From Christensenellaceae bacterium (lineage in GTDB: Bacteria; Bacillota; Clostridia; Christensenellales; CAG-138): 64,000 nt of DNA. The stretch spans positions 2,778,546-2,842,545 of the forward strand of contig OY776633.1 in NCBI GenBank assembly GCA_963675855.1, read 5' to 3'. Position 1 is the stretch's first letter; each line of letters starts with the position of its first letter. This document shows, piece by piece, positions 18,892-27,344 of this stretch. The notes beneath the pieces were generated by a model. The model ran no database searches, was not told the origin of the DNA, and saw only the letters and a list, made by a program, of their open reading frames with translations. A program made the translations under genes and the position numbers.

Positions 18892-20480
18892 TTCGATGTT
18901 CCTCCCTTGTTGCGGTTTTCTTCGTCGGTTCTTTTTTTATCCTGTTCCAGCAATTCCGTGTGCGTCTCGCCGCGGATAAACGTCGCGATCGTTTTGATCC
19001 TTTTTCGGGGCGGTTTTTCCGCGCTTTTGGCATATGTCAGTCCAAGGCGTTCATACAGCGCATAATGTGGCTGGACCCGTTTTAAAAAATCGGAGTAACG
19101 CTTGCCTTTGTGCGCCGTCCATCCGGTCTCCGCCGTCGCGGCAAGCCGCGGCAGCGCGTTGAAAAACAGCTTCTGCTCCGTATCGATCCACTCCGTCCAG
19201 AGCGCCGCCTCAACGCCGAGAATGCGGCCTTTGCTCCTCCTGTTTACGCCGCTTAAAACGGGGTTGAAGCGGAAGGTCTTTTTCAGCGGCGTCGCCGCGT
19301 ACGGATAATCGTAATATACCCGCGTGATCGGGCTGAGAACCGCCTCCCCGCCCGCGTTGACATAGCGCGCGATCTGCGCCGGGCCTTTGTGCGTTAACGG
19401 CGTCCAGTACTGAACGATCGCCCGATCGGTCAGCGTATCGCACACCCCGTCATTCCAGACGACGGCGCGCCGCCCGCGCGACTCGATATGGCCGATCACA
19501 CGGTTGAGGAAATACCCCTGCAGCTCGCGTTCGTCACGCAAGCGGTGTCTGCGCCGCGCCGCCTGGCATTTTTCGCAGCGCTTCCAGTCCGCCTTGACCG
19601 CCTCGTCTCCGCCGATGTGGACGTACTCGAAGTCGAAGACGTCCATCACCTCGTCCAGCAGCGCGAAAAGAAAATCGTATGTCGCCTCATTGCCCGCGCA
19701 ATAAAGCTTTTTTGAAAAATCGGTCACGCCGAACCGCGTCGCGACTTCCACCGGATCGGGAAAGCACGCCAGTTCGGGATACGCCGCCATGACGGAGAGC
19801 GCGTGCCCGGGCATGTCGATCTCGGGTATGATCTCGATGCCCCGCGCCCTGGCGTAGCGCACCAGCTGTTTCAGTTCCGCCTTTGTATAATACCCGCCGT
19901 GCGGCAGACCGTCCTGCGCGCGCGTGCCGTTGCGTTTGACGAGCGTGCTTCCGCGCCAGGAACCAACGCTGTTGAGCAGCGGGAATCGCTCGCTTTCAAA
20001 GCGGAAACCCTGATCGTCCGTCAGGTGCAGGTGCAGGCGATTGTACTTATAGCAGGTCAGCAGGTCGACGATCTTGCGAATGGTTTCCACCGGAAAAAAG
20101 TGTCGGCTCACATCGATCAGAAGCCCCCGCCAGCCGCAGCGCGGCTCGTCTTCAACGGCGCAGTACGGAAGCACGCCGCCGTTTTCGGCCGCCAGCTGCG
20201 ATATGGTGGCGGCCGCGTGTACGGCCCCGGCTTGGCCTCCGGTTTCGACCGTCGCGCCGCCCGCGCCGACGCTGAGCGTATACCGCTCCGCGGCAAACGC
20301 ATCGTTTTTCACAAAGCGTACGACCTCCCCGCCCGGAGCCGTCGTCGTCTCGCCCAGAGAAAGCATGGCGAGCACGCCTTCGCGCGCACCGGCAAGCGCT
20401 TCGTCCATCCGCGCCGACGTGCGGTCTATCGCAACGGCGCCTTCGTAGCGGTTCATCGAACGAACCTGGGGTATCGGCAT
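18888..20480 (-). CDS. beta-N-acetylhexosaminidase (GH20)
   Basis: 'NRLHLHLTDDQGFRFE' and 'YVHIGGDEA' are catalytic GH20 motifs. I moved the start to 20480, behind GGAGGA. The ORF-track extension to 20840 overlaps the divergent PIG-L gene. Confidence 0.85.
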   Translation of the reverse strand: MPIPQVRSMNRYEGAVAIDRTSARMDEALAGAREGVLAMLSLGETTTAPGGEVVRFVKNDAFAAERYTLSVGAGGATVETGGQAGAVHAAATISQLAAENGGVLPYCAVEDEPRCGWRGLLIDVSRHFFPVETIRKIVDLLTCYKYNRLHLHLTDDQGFRFESERFPLLNSVGSWRGSTLVKRNGTRAQDGLPHGGYYTKAELKQLVRYARARGIEIIPEIDMPGHALSVMAAYPELACFPDPVEVATRFGVTDFSKKLYCAGNEATYDFLFALLDEVMDVFDFEYVHIGGDEAVKADWKRCEKCQAARRRHRLRDERELQGYFLNRVIGHIESRGRRAVVWNDGVCDTLTDRAIVQYWTPLTHKGPAQIARYVNAGGEAVLSPITRVYYDYPYAATPLKKTFRFNPVLSGVNRRSKGRILGVEAALWTEWIDTEQKLFFNALPRLAATAETGWTAHKGKRYSDFLKRVQPHYALYERLGLTYAKSAEKPPRKRIKTIATFIRGETHTELLEQDKKRTDEENRNKGGTSK

Positions 20481-20622
20481 AATCGTCCTCCGTCCAATTT
20501 TTTCCGCTGCTTTATCAGGGATTCGATTTTTATTATACCGCGACGTCCGGCTTACGGCAACGCCGCGCGCGTGATATACTGTTACAAACAGCCGCCGGGC
20601 GGCATCGGAGGCAAAAACAGAT

Positions 20623-21387
20623 ATGTTCCTTTCCATCCTCAAGCGCGTCGCGCCGATTCCGAACCTAACGAAGTTCGAGCGGTATCTCTTTATCGGCCCG
20701 CATCCGGACGATATCGAGGTCGCCTGCGCGCCGACCGTCCGCGCGCTGCGTGCCGCGGGCAGGCACGTGTCGTTCCTCGTCCTCGCGGACGGGCGCATGG
20801 GCGCGCTCGATCCCGCGTTCCATGGCGACGAGCTGGTCAAAATCCGCCAAACCGAATCGCTCGAATCGGCGAAGCTGCTCGGCGTAACGGACGTAACGTT
20901 CCTGTCGTTTCAGGACGGCGGCATGTACCGCGTGGAGGACGCGGCCAGTATGATCGCAAAACAGATCGTCCGGCTCAAGCCGGACGCGGTGTTCGCACCC
21001 GACCCGGACGTGATCAGCGAATGCCATATGGACCATATCAAGACGGGGCTTGCTGCGAAGGCGGCCATGAGCATGACCCCGTTTGAAAGCGTCATGCAAA
21101 GCGTCGGCTCCTCCGGCAGCCACGCGGTGCAGGCGCTCGCGCTGTATTATACCGACAAGCCGAACGCGTATGTTCCGATCAAGCGGCATTTCTCCTCGCG
21201 CGCGGAGGCGCTCGCCTGCCATAAAAGCCAGTTCGACGAGCAGACGATCAAGGACATCACGATGTATTTCAAACTGCGCTCCGTGCGCTTCGGGCTCAGG
21301 CGGCTGAAAGGCATGTGCGACGGTTACCGCGCGCTCGCGCCGGTGCATATGCACTGCTTCCCCGAATCGGCGGAATGGGTGAGGTAA
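20623..21387 (+). CDS. PIG-L / LmbE family N-acetylglucosaminyl deacetylase
   Basis: 'YLFIGPHPDDIEV' and 'HMDHIKTG' are PIG-L zinc-binding motifs. Confidence 0.8.
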   Translation: MFLSILKRVAPIPNLTKFERYLFIGPHPDDIEVACAPTVRALRAAGRHVSFLVLADGRMGALDPAFHGDELVKIRQTESLESAKLLGVTDVTFLSFQDGGMYRVEDAASMIAKQIVRLKPDAVFAPDPDVISECHMDHIKTGLAAKAAMSMTPFESVMQSVGSSGSHAVQALALYYTDKPNAYVPIKRHFSSRAEALACHKSQFDEQTIKDITMYFKLRSVRFGLRRLKGMCDGYRALAPVHMHCFPESAEWVR

Positions 21388-21445
21388 TCGAGAACAAAGC
21401 GCTTCTCTATGCGGCTGGTAACAGCCGCCTTTTCTATGCCTGCGC

Positions 21446-22246
21446 TCACAGCCGCATCACGAATATCCGGTGCGCTTCCCGCGCGGCTTTAAACCGCCCC
21501 GCAAGACGGAACATCCCGCGATACTTCTCCGGCAGATACCGCATCGCGTCCCCGCCCGTCAAGTAGAGGGTATGCTCGTGCGCGATTCCTTCCCCGAACG
21601 CCTCCATCTCCGCCGGCGTATCGACGCCCCAGCGGATGCTTGCGCCGGTTTTTTTCAGCGACGGGTGATGCTTGGCCTGTTTGGCTGTCATGCTCGAATA
21701 TGCGTCGAATATGAACGTCACATCGGAAAACACGTCCCGCAGTTTCACAAACAGCGTCTTCACCTCTTGATCGGTTAAATACATCAAAAGGCCCTCCGCA
21801 ATCACGAGCAGGGGTTTTCCGTTTCGTTCCACCTGTTCCATCCAGCCCCAGTCCGTAACGGACGAGCCGATCAGCCGGTATCGCTCCGTCTCGGGATAGA
21901 GCTGCCGCTTGATGGCAATCACTTCGGGGAAGTCCAGATCGTACCAGAGCCGCGCGGGCGAGTTCAGCCGCTTTTCGCGCGCGTCCAGCCCGCAGCCAAG
22001 GTAGAGTATCGTACTGTCGGGATGAGCGCGCAGAAAGTCGACGGTAAAAGCGTCGATCAGCGCACCACGGACCGAGAGCATGATCTGCGTCTTCTCCTGA
22101 ATCTGAAGTCTCGTAAAATCATAGTCGATCGACTCCACAGCCCGCTCCGCGAATTCGTCGTGGAAATACCCCAGTTTACTCATCCGGGCACGCCCATACA
22201 GGGGGATCAGGAGCGTCTCCATTTCTTCTTTCAATTGAATATTCAC
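21446..22246 (-). CDS. class I SAM-dependent methyltransferase (TcmP / LCM-like O-methyltransferase family)
   Basis: 'ETLLIPLYGRA', 'ILYLGCGLDAR' (motif I) and 'LVIAEGLLMYL'. Confidence 0.7.
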   Translation of the reverse strand: MNIQLKEEMETLLIPLYGRARMSKLGYFHDEFAERAVESIDYDFTRLQIQEKTQIMLSVRGALIDAFTVDFLRAHPDSTILYLGCGLDAREKRLNSPARLWYDLDFPEVIAIKRQLYPETERYRLIGSSVTDWGWMEQVERNGKPLLVIAEGLLMYLTDQEVKTLFVKLRDVFSDVTFIFDAYSSMTAKQAKHHPSLKKTGASIRWGVDTPAEMEAFGEGIAHEHTLYLTGGDAMRYLPEKYRGMFRLAGRFKAAREAHRIFVMRL

Positions 22247-22339
22247 TTCATTCTGCTCCTTTCAATAGCTATGCCACAACTGGTGTAAAGCGAGCAACGC
22301 GCCTGCTGCCAGGCGCGTTGTTCTTTTATATCGTATTTA

Positions 22340-24172
22340 TTACGCGTTCAGGCGTTCCTGCAGATCGCGGTTGCCGATCTCCTCGATCATCTTGTCGTAG
22401 AAGTCCTCGTCGATGATGAATTTCTTCTTCTGGATGTAGAGCGCGAAGAAGAGCAGGATCGCGGGCAGTACCGTCGACGCAAGGCGGATCCAGATACGCA
22501 TGGTGTTTGTCCGCTGGTCGCGGAAGTGGAGATTCGCCGCGCTCTCGCCGCCGCTCTTGAGATCGTCGATCTTGAGCGAATACGAGCCGTTGTCCGCTGA
22601 GATCGACGCCGCGTCGAACGTTCCGAGCCGTCCGAGTTCCGTCTCCTCCCCGTCGGCGGCGGTAAGCACTACCATCGCATCGCTCAGCGCGGGCACATAC
22701 GACGGGTCGAGCTGGAACTTGCTTACGACGCTGTCCGCCGCGATCTCGGCGCTCACAGTATCCGTCGCGGCCTGATAATCATCAGTACCGGCGGTCAGCC
22801 CGTCGAATTCCGACAAATAGCCCTGCACCTGCGTAATATAGTACGCCTGATCCGCCGGGCTGTGCTTATCGAAGAAATCTCGCTGGGTTTCCAGCGTGCT
22901 GATCGACTGGCTGAGCAGGAACGTACCGGAGATTGCCAGCACGACCGTCACGATCAGCGTATGCATGGCGGCGGCGAACTTCGCCATAAACGGCCGCAGC
23001 GTGGAGACGACCGCCTCGTTGCGCTCGCCGTATTTATAGTCGTTGTATTCCACGCAGTTGGCCATGTTGATGATACAGGTCATATAGAAGAGCCCCTGGC
23101 CGGAAGCGACCATGACGCAGAACACGCACAAAAGCGCGATGTTAAACGGTAAAATCGGCGCCCATCCCATCAACGCGATGAGCACGTACCCGATCGCCGC
23201 GACAAGTATGCTCACGTTCTGCAGCCGCTTTCTGCCGAGCTTGTTGACCACGAGCGGATAGAGCGCGTTGACGGCGACGGTCGTAATGCCGTACGCCACG
23301 ACCACATAGAAGTAGAGCGTGCCGTTATAACCGATCTCGAGATACAAAAGGTTGGCCGCAAGGGCGATGAGCATCGTGCTGCCGACGTTGTAAAAGAGCA
23401 TCGAAAGCGTCATCCAGAGCACCTGGTCGTTTCGCGCGATGGTCTTCCACATCTTTTTCATCGAGATGTTTTCGCTCTTTTCATTCTTGCGGCGCGGCGT
23501 TTCCTTCACCGTAAAGAAGAGCAGCGCCTGGCAGCCGATGAACACGGCGGCCACGAGAACACCGACGAAGCGGTAGCCCGCGCGCATGTCGCCGACGGTG
23601 ACCTGCGGAATGATGCCCTGCGCTAAAATCGCGCCGACGCCCGCAAACAGCACCGTCAGCGTCGTGATGGTATTGCGCTCCTTTTTCACGCTCGTCAGGC
23701 TCGGCAGCATGGCCCAGTAACCGATGTCGTTCATCGTGAACGTCGATTCCCAGAGCAGGTACATGACGGTCATAAACACCACGAACCGCCAGCCGGGTAT
23801 GCTCTGCACGTTGAACATCGTGATGATCACGAGGCCGCAGAGGATGCCGCCGAGCAGGATCCACGGGCGGAACTTGCCGCTCTTGAGATGAGAGCCTTCG
23901 ATGATAGCCCCCATGAGCGGATCGTTCAGCGCGTCCCAGATGCGTCCGCCGACGCCGATGATGAGGCTCAGCGTCGTAAACTGCGCGAGCGTGAGGGAAA
24001 CGCCGAACTGGATGTAGATCAGAAGAAACGAATCGATGAGCGAATAGCTCATATCGCGGCCGATGCCGCTGATGGAATAAAACCATTTGTTGCGGTGAAA
24101 CGTCTTTTGGCGAAGCAATTCGGCTTCGCTGATCCCGTCCGGCGCGCCGGCGGCTGCTGTATTCGTCTCCAT
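22340..24172 (-). CDS. GPH-family (MelB-like) glycoside/cation symporter with a ~135-aa soluble insertion before the last TM
   Basis: 'GRDMSYSLIDSFLLIYIQF', 'DALNDPLMGAIIE' and 'GKFRPWIL' are GPH signatures. Residues ~421-556 are hydrophilic and lie between the predicted TM11 and TM12. Confidence 0.75.
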   Translation of the reverse strand: METNTAAAGAPDGISEAELLRQKTFHRNKWFYSISGIGRDMSYSLIDSFLLIYIQFGVSLTLAQFTTLSLIIGVGGRIWDALNDPLMGAIIEGSHLKSGKFRPWILLGGILCGLVIITMFNVQSIPGWRFVVFMTVMYLLWESTFTMNDIGYWAMLPSLTSVKKERNTITTLTVLFAGVGAILAQGIIPQVTVGDMRAGYRFVGVLVAAVFIGCQALLFFTVKETPRRKNEKSENISMKKMWKTIARNDQVLWMTLSMLFYNVGSTMLIALAANLLYLEIGYNGTLYFYVVVAYGITTVAVNALYPLVVNKLGRKRLQNVSILVAAIGYVLIALMGWAPILPFNIALLCVFCVMVASGQGLFYMTCIINMANCVEYNDYKYGERNEAVVSTLRPFMAKFAAAMHTLIVTVVLAISGTFLLSQSISTLETQRDFFDKHSPADQAYYITQVQGYLSEFDGLTAGTDDYQAATDTVSAEIAADSVVSKFQLDPSYVPALSDAMVVLTAADGEETELGRLGTFDAASISADNGSYSLKIDDLKSGGESAANLHFRDQRTNTMRIWIRLASTVLPAILLFFALYIQKKKFIIDEDFYDKMIEEIGNRDLQERLNA

Positions 24173-24323
24173 GCGGTCATACTCCTATCCAATGAAATGA
24201 TGGGATACGAAATGAAATGCAATTCGGTCGCTCGACCGTCTTGATTAGCGTAACACATCCGGCATGTTATGACAATGGTTCCGGGCATTTCCGTAAGCTT
24301 TCATGAAGCTTTTATTTATTCGC

Positions 24324-24349
24324 AAAAAAAAGAGCGGAATTACCCGCTC
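24324..24349 (-). terminator. rho-independent terminator downstream of dapF
   Basis: On the minus strand: gagcgg-gtaatt-ccgctc followed by tttttttt. Confidence 0.75.
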
Positions 24350-24369
24350 AGAAAGCACAAGCAGACCGT

Positions 24370-25197
24370 TTATCTAAGTTCGATCTCTCCCGTAAAAACA
24401 ATTTCCGCAGGACCTGTCATGTACACGTGATTGTCCTCCGCCCAGTCGATGTGCAGCGTGCCGAGTTCGATGTTGACGTCCACCGCACGTCCGGTCAGGC
24501 CGTTGAGCCAGCTCGCGACCGCCGCGGCGCAGGCGCCGGTGCCGCAGGCGAGCGTCGGGCCGCAGCCGCGCTCGAAGGTGCGCATCTCCAGCGTATTTTC
24601 GTCGATCACGCGCGCAAAGTTGACGTTGGTGCGGTTGGGGAATACGTCCGCGTGCTCGATGTCCCAGCCCATCGCCATCCATTTGGGATCCTTCGGGTCG
24701 TCCACATAGATCAGCGTGTGCGGCACGCCGACAAGCACGGACGTATAACGCAGCGTCCGCCCCTGCACGCTCAGTTCCCTGCCGACGCAGCGCCCCTCCC
24801 CGACGACGGGGATCTCGGCGCACTCCAGATACGGCTCGCCCATGTCGACGGTAACGCCCGCGACCGCGCCGTTTTGCAGCACGAGTTTCGGGCGCATCAC
24901 GCCGGCCAGCGTCTCCACGCCAAACTCTTCTTTATTCACAATGCCGCGTTCATACACATATTTGGCAAAGCAGCGGATGCCGTTGCCGCACATCTCCGGT
25001 TCGCTGCCGTCTTCATTGATGATTCTCATGCGGATATCCGCCTTCTCGCTCGGCAGTACGATCAGAAGCCCGTCCGCTCCGATGCCCGTCTGCCGATGGC
25101 AGAGCCGCGGGGCGATGGCTTGATAGTCCCGCGTCTCGTTCCGGCCGTCGATCAATATAAAATCGTTGCCAAGCCCGTGTGCTTTTGTAAATAGCAT
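24370..25197 (-). CDS. dapF: diaminopimelate epimerase
   Basis: 'MLFTKAHGLGNDFILIDG', with catalytic Cys contexts 'EMCGNGIRC' and 'LACGTGACA'. Confidence 0.95.
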   Translation of the reverse strand: MLFTKAHGLGNDFILIDGRNETRDYQAIAPRLCHRQTGIGADGLLIVLPSEKADIRMRIINEDGSEPEMCGNGIRCFAKYVYERGIVNKEEFGVETLAGVMRPKLVLQNGAVAGVTVDMGEPYLECAEIPVVGEGRCVGRELSVQGRTLRYTSVLVGVPHTLIYVDDPKDPKWMAMGWDIEHADVFPNRTNVNFARVIDENTLEMRTFERGCGPTLACGTGACAAAVASWLNGLTGRAVDVNIELGTLHIDWAEDNHVYMTGPAEIVFTGEIELR

Positions 25198-25226
25198 TTG
25201 CTGTCGTTCTCCTTATGCGCTGCGTG

Positions 25227-25571
25227 TCATCCGCCCATGATCTCGACGAACGCTTCGTCCGCGTAACTGCGGATCGAAGTCTCCAGCCGCCGGTACGCGG
25301 TCAGAAATCTTTTGGCTTCATCCGTCAGCTGCGCCCCTCCGCCGCCCTTGCCTCCCGTGACGGATTTAAGCAGCGGGAACCCGAGATTCTCTTCCGCGAT
25401 TTTGATGATCTTCCAGGCCTTGCTGTAGGCCATTTCCATCTCGATGGTCGCTTTGCGCAGGGATTTGAGCCGGTCCACGCGTTCCAGCAAATCCGCGACG
25501 CCCGGTCCGAAGCACTTGACTTCGCCGAAGATGCGGACGCTTACCTTGCAGCGGAGCTGTTTATTCGGCAT
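25227..25571 (-). CDS. ModE N-terminal-domain-like winged-helix regulator
   Basis: 'GPGVADLLERVDRLKSLRKATIEMEMAYSKAWKIIKIAEENLGFPLL..GGKGGGGAQLT' matches the ModE/LysR-type wHTH pattern. 114 aa. Confidence 0.65.
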   Translation of the reverse strand: MPNKQLRCKVSVRIFGEVKCFGPGVADLLERVDRLKSLRKATIEMEMAYSKAWKIIKIAEENLGFPLLKSVTGGKGGGGAQLTDEAKRFLTAYRRLETSIRSYADEAFVEIMGG

Positions 25572-25827
25572 GAATGCCTCACGTCCTTTCGAATGTACAA
25601 TATGCGGCGACCGTTCGATGAGCAGGTTTTTCGTCTGCTTTCCATTTCGCGCCGCATAACGCGACTTCTGTCATTATACCATATCGCACATACATACGCA
25701 GCGAGCAGCGCGATGATTTTCATATGAATAACCATGTTGCGGGTAAACGCCGCCGGCCGCGCATGAAATTCATTTGTTTTTCGCCGCCGCCATTGACAGC
25801 GCGGAAGCGTGCGGCTACACTTTCGGT

Positions 25828-26409
25828 ATGGAACCGCCGTTTGAAAGCGATATCCGCTCTCGCCTCTCCGAAGCGCTCGGCGGCGCGTTCGGCATTGAGA
25901 TGGACAAGCAGAAAATCCACCTGCCCGCGCGCGCGGCCGACGCAAGCTTTTGCGTGCCGCATGGAACCAGTCCCGCACCAGCACTCGCGGCCGATTTCGG
26001 CGCTCTTTACGGCGCACCGCTGGTCGGCGGCGTCCGCATCGTCAACGGCTGGCTGCTTATGGACTTTACCCGAGCGTTTTTTGACGCGCTCGTCGACCGG
26101 GTCAACGAAACCCTGCCCGTCCCCGCGCATGACGGCGGCGATCACGCCGTCAACCGCATGCTCGCGCTCGCCCGGCACGGCGGATCCGGCTGCCCGGACT
26201 TTCCGGCGGCGCGCCGCGCGTTGCTTCTGGCCGTCACGGCGCATCAAAGCCGCGCGGCATACAAACGGGCCGCGCAGGCTGTAAGCACATTGTTTCATGC
26301 CATCCCGCCGCGCGATCGAAGCGCGGCAATATCCGTCAGCGGCGCGCTTGGCGGTGCGCTCTCCCGGCTCCTGCTCGCGGCGCGCGGATATGAAATACAG
26401 AAGTTTTAA
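25828..26409 (+). CDS. hypothetical protein (possibly a DALR/ArgRS-like fragment)
   Basis: The plus frame has strongly G/C-biased third positions and normal amino-acid composition, unlike the overlapping minus-strand ORF. The weak resemblance to ArgRS N-terminal/DALR segments is from memory and unverified. Confidence 0.4.
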   Translation: MEPPFESDIRSRLSEALGGAFGIEMDKQKIHLPARAADASFCVPHGTSPAPALAADFGALYGAPLVGGVRIVNGWLLMDFTRAFFDALVDRVNETLPVPAHDGGDHAVNRMLALARHGGSGCPDFPAARRALLLAVTAHQSRAAYKRAAQAVSTLFHAIPPRDRSAAISVSGALGGALSRLLLAARGYEIQKF

Positions 26410-26464
26410 TACAACCAGCAGACGGATTTTCACAAGCTGTCAATTTTGAAAAGGAGACGATGTT

Positions 26465-27109
26465 ATGCAAATCACCTGGTACGGGCATTCCTGCTTTCTT
26501 CTCACCGCCGAAAGCGGTTATTCCATCCTGACAGACCCCTGCGACCAGGAAACGGGATACGAGCTGCACGACATCGTCTGCGACGCGGTGACAATCAGCC
26601 ACGAGCATCACGACCATAACTGCCTCGCCACCGTAGCCGGCGCTCCTCTCACCATTCGCACGCCGGGCGAATACCGCGCGGGGGAAATCACCGTAACCGG
26701 ATTTTTAAGTTATCACGACGACGCCAAAGGCGCGCACCGCGGCGAAAACACCGTGTTCCGCTACCGCATCGACGGGCTCAACATCCTCCATCTCGGCGAC
26801 CTCGGGCATATGCTTTCCCCTGAGGCAATCGGGCAGATCGGGGATGTGGACATACTCTTTGCGCCCATCGGCGGCGTGTATACCATCGGAGCAGAGTCCG
26901 CAACGCTGCTTTCTGACCGTTTGCACGCAAGGGTACTCATCCCCATGCACTATAAAACGCCGGCCCTCCACTTCAACATCGAAGGCCTCGAACCCCTGCT
27001 TGCCGAAAACAAAAACAGGCGTGTGCACTATCTCAACGCCAACACCGTCACCCTGACCCGCGAGACGCTCGGCGAGAACAGGCTGGTGATTCTGGACTAC
27101 AAGCGGTAG
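26465..27109 (+). CDS. MBL-fold metal-dependent hydrolase (UPF0173-like)
   Basis: 'MQITWYGHSCFLL', 'ISHEHHDHN' (HxHxDH) and 'ILHLGDLGH'. Confidence 0.8.
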   Translation: MQITWYGHSCFLLTAESGYSILTDPCDQETGYELHDIVCDAVTISHEHHDHNCLATVAGAPLTIRTPGEYRAGEITVTGFLSYHDDAKGAHRGENTVFRYRIDGLNILHLGDLGHMLSPEAIGQIGDVDILFAPIGGVYTIGAESATLLSDRLHARVLIPMHYKTPALHFNIEGLEPLLAENKNRRVHYLNANTVTLTRETLGENRLVILDYKR

Positions 27110-27128
27110 CGCGCCGCTTCGGTTTTAC

Positions 27129-27156
27129 AACCCGGGGATTTCCCCGGGTTTTCTTC
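27129..27156 (+). terminator. rho-independent terminator after the MBL hydrolase gene
   Basis: Hairpin aacccgggga/tccccgggtt followed by ttcttct. Confidence 0.55.
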
Positions 27157-27208
27157 TGCCGATCCGCCGTGGCAAGGCGTTTGCCGAACTGATTAACGAT
27201 CTGTGAAT

Positions 27209-27256
27209 TCGCTAGATATAGCATTTCGGGTACTTGCCTGGCACCAGATATAGTGA
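27209..27256 (+). promoter_or_regulatory. two tandem NrdR-box-like palindromes upstream of nrdJ
   Basis: The boxes tcgCtAgATaTaGcat (27209-27224) and gcaCcAgATaTaGtga (27241-27256) match 11/16 and 12/16 positions of the published NrdR consensus acaCwAtATaTwGtgt. Their centres are 32 bp apart, and box 2 overlaps a TATAGT -10-like hexamer. Confidence 0.5.
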
Positions 27257-27344
27257 TATGCTTGATCTGCGCCTGAAGGGGCGCCTTCTCATCTGTAATC
27301 GGCGAAAACGCATATTTTATCATCATAAAGGGGCGGGGATTTCT

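Noticed and set aside
18888-20840. 5' extensions in the ORF track. Examples: GH20 to 20840, sortase to 17073, YjjG-like HAD to 54194, dehydrogenase to 58270, YjbQ to 50440, ackA to 18440, glgC to 8912, glgD to 7666.
   Set aside because: The extensions cross terminators, divergent genes or the preceding gene, and they encode Arg/Ser-rich junk. Internal ATGs with good RBSs give family-typical N-termini.
25720-26433. 237-aa minus-strand ORF and 186-aa plus-strand ORF (25724-26284) in the ModE-like / MBL intergenic block.
   Set aside because: The +3 frame starting at 25828 has the third-position G/C bias and amino-acid usage of real genes in this window. The alternatives are Arg/Ala-rich shadow frames.
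27110-27344. Cobalamin riboswitch upstream of the B12-dependent nrdJ.
   Set aside because: The leader is short and I could not find a B12-box-like element or the extended multi-stem structure. The region is better explained by NrdR-box-like palindromes. A covariance-model scan (Rfam RF00174) would settle it.
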